DNA from: Polymyxa betae A26-41
Taxonomy: Eukaryota > Protista > Endomyxa: Phytomyxea
Reading direction: 5' to 3'
Length of the DNA: 35,788 nt
Assembly: GCA_003693705.1 (NCBI GenBank)
Contig: RBZT01000739.1
Coordinates: 1-35,788, forward strand
Below are positions 34,107 to 35,788 of this stretch, piece by piece (the stretch's first letter is position 1; each line of letters opens with the position of its first letter). The position numbers and the translations under genes were made by a program. The notes below the pieces were generated by a model. It had not been told where the DNA came from and did no database searches. It saw only the letters and a list, made by a program, of their open reading frames with translations.

Positions 34107-34180
34107 GCAACCATAGGGCGAACGTCACGAGTTGCAGCCGACCACTTACTATTTCACCCAACCGAATTGAGTCTCTATTT

Positions 34181-34810
34181 ATGATAACATTCGTATTCGT
34201 AGCGTTATTAATGGTGTCGTCGGTGGCGCGCGCCGATCACGGCGACCATCACGACGACCATCACGATCTACACCATGTAAATTCATCGACGGTATCGGGG
34301 CGCCGATTTAACATTCCTGACAGGACGACCATGACCATCACCACGAGCATGATCACATTGATCATCATGATCATCATGACGAAGAAGATCACGATCACGA
34401 CGATGAGCATCAGGATCACTCCGGTAAAGACAAATCGACGACGGCGACGACAGCGACCTTGTCGGCGTCGATGACGGCGTCTGATATGCATTGTAAGGCT
34501 GGCCTGCGCCGCTCACTGTTAGCTTCATTTCGCTGATGGGAATTACAGCGGACTCGCACGAGATCGCCCACGAAGATTCTTACGAGCACGAGGACGATCA
34601 TCACGACGATCACGGTATGCTTGGATTCATGACTACAGCGTCGAGCTAAACGTTGACGTAGATCACGAGAATCACCACCACTTTCATGGTGAGGCGCATG
34701 AGGGCCTTGGGCATGGAGGACACGGCCATGGTCATGACGATCACGAGGGGCATCATTTCGGTGAACATTATGAAGGCGGCCATCACCATTGGGGTGGTGA
34801 AGACGGGTAA
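34181..34810 (+). CDS. Secreted His/Asp-rich protein (~159 aa, 4 exons), family member C
   Basis: Signal MITFVFVALLMVSSVARA. Introns 34277-34323, 34493-34548 and 34615-34661 (GT-AG) give DHGDHHDDHH...SGKDKSTTATTATLSASMTASDMHSDSH...EGGHHHWGGEDG*. Confidence 0.88.
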
Positions 34811-35282
34811 GCCTAGGCTAGGGTTTAGGGTTTTACTAACTCAGCGTCTGCGTTTAGCAACCTGATCTCGTTCTTGCTCGAAGGTCATTAATTGCAAACA
34901 GTGTCGCCATTAATTAACCGCCCGGGTAATGATCTCGGCATTCATGAAAACGTTCGTTATAAAACTCCAATACAATGATAACATGTATTCACATGAGAAC
35001 TTATCCAAGCGGCCAATCCGCCGTCTTGATGTTTGTGCCGCCATAGACGAAGGATAGGCTATCCGCGACGATCTCTGCTGTCTATAAGGTCCTATTATGT
35101 ATGGTCGACAAGCACATAGAGGACTTAATGTAATCAAGAGCATCAAACGCGGAAAGCCAGACTGTGGCCAATGGGATCCCAGTGATGGCGCGGCCGTTTC
35201 GGGACCCCGCAATGTCCACGGCGCACTGTTGGGCCTTGATCGCTATCTGGTTATTTCCAACCATCGCCTTCATTCTACCAAT

Positions 35283-35750
35283 ATGTATCTCGTGATACTT
35301 GCCACGCTGGCAGCCGCCGTCAATGCCACGTCGCCTCATGTCATACAAATACGGCGCGATTCAAGTGGCGACCTACTGTTAGCGTCTCTGGGCCGAGTGC
35401 AGCACGACTCAAACCAAGATACAGTCTGGTTGCAGATCAGAAGGGCTCCAGATTGTAATTTAAATGTCCTTTCGATCCGTCGCTTACCCAGCGCTCAAGG
35501 CCTCTGTTCGTCTGTACTTAAGGCTCACCAATTCGATGTTCCTGGAACGACACCGCCTATCGGAATTCCTGCAAAACGCTTTGGCTCCGATCCCAAACTG
35601 CCTGGGTCGCCACCGCGAAGCAGCCAGTTGAGGCGATTCATGCAGCAGCGTGACATTCGGTATTTTGGAGGGAGACGACGTTGCTCTTTCGAGATAAATT
35701 TTGATGAATCGCTTGTGTTCCAATTAGACCCTCTTGGTTCATCACTATGA
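35283..35750 (+). CDS. Hypothetical small secreted protein (~155 aa)
   Basis: ATG at 35283 begins the signal-like MYLVILATLAAAVNA inside the 35097-35750 ORF; no recognisable domain. Confidence 0.6.
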   Translation: MYLVILATLAAAVNATSPHVIQIRRDSSGDLLLASLGRVQHDSNQDTVWLQIRRAPDCNLNVLSIRRLPSAQGLCSSVLKAHQFDVPGTTPPIGIPAKRFGSDPKLPGSPPRSSQLRRFMQQRDIRYFGGRRRCSFEINFDESLVFQLDPLGSSL

Positions 35751-35788
35751 GTTGACCAACCAGGGTGTTCACATAGTGCAAACCCCCC

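Noticed and set aside
1-35788. CRISPR arrays, tRNA/rRNA genes, transposase or reverse transcriptase ORFs
   Set aside because: None seen. The tandem repeats present are coding and lack spacers, and the DNA is spliceosomal-intron-containing eukaryotic sequence.

Overview
Compact, intron-rich eukaryotic genomic DNA: genes are closely packed and most introns are ~45-60 nt GT-AG with degenerate donors. The style is reminiscent of a plasmodiophorid/phytomyxid protist, but that is inference only. Housekeeping genes reconstructed by manual splicing are an SLC19-type folate/thiamine carrier, a small TPR-like protein, STK19, ITPA, a full-length eukaryotic nitrate reductase (Moco-dimerisation-cyt b5-FAD/NAD) and a multi-exon CCR4-NOT scaffold NOT1. 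Two blocks flanking NOT1 are rich in secreted-protein genes. Block 1 (9.9-20.9 kb) has a His/Asp-rich secreted protein hidden on the minus strand, a Pro/Ala/Thr-rich secreted protein, a decayed subtilase fragment, a MITE-like hairpin and two tandem KP-43/TagC-like S8 subtilases. Block 2 (31.3-35.8 kb) has two more His/Asp-rich secreted proteins, an orphan, a single-domain TIMP-like protein and an orphan secreted protein. The most striking signal is three dispersed His/Asp-rich secreted genes that each carry an AP-1/GCN4-type TGA(C/G)TCA site within ~120 nt of the ATG; two of them also share a discrete GKDK...TTATxSAxxTxxDxHSxxH motif. This suggests a co-regulated, possibly undescribed family of secreted metal-binding proteins, with a TIMP-like gene lying among them.
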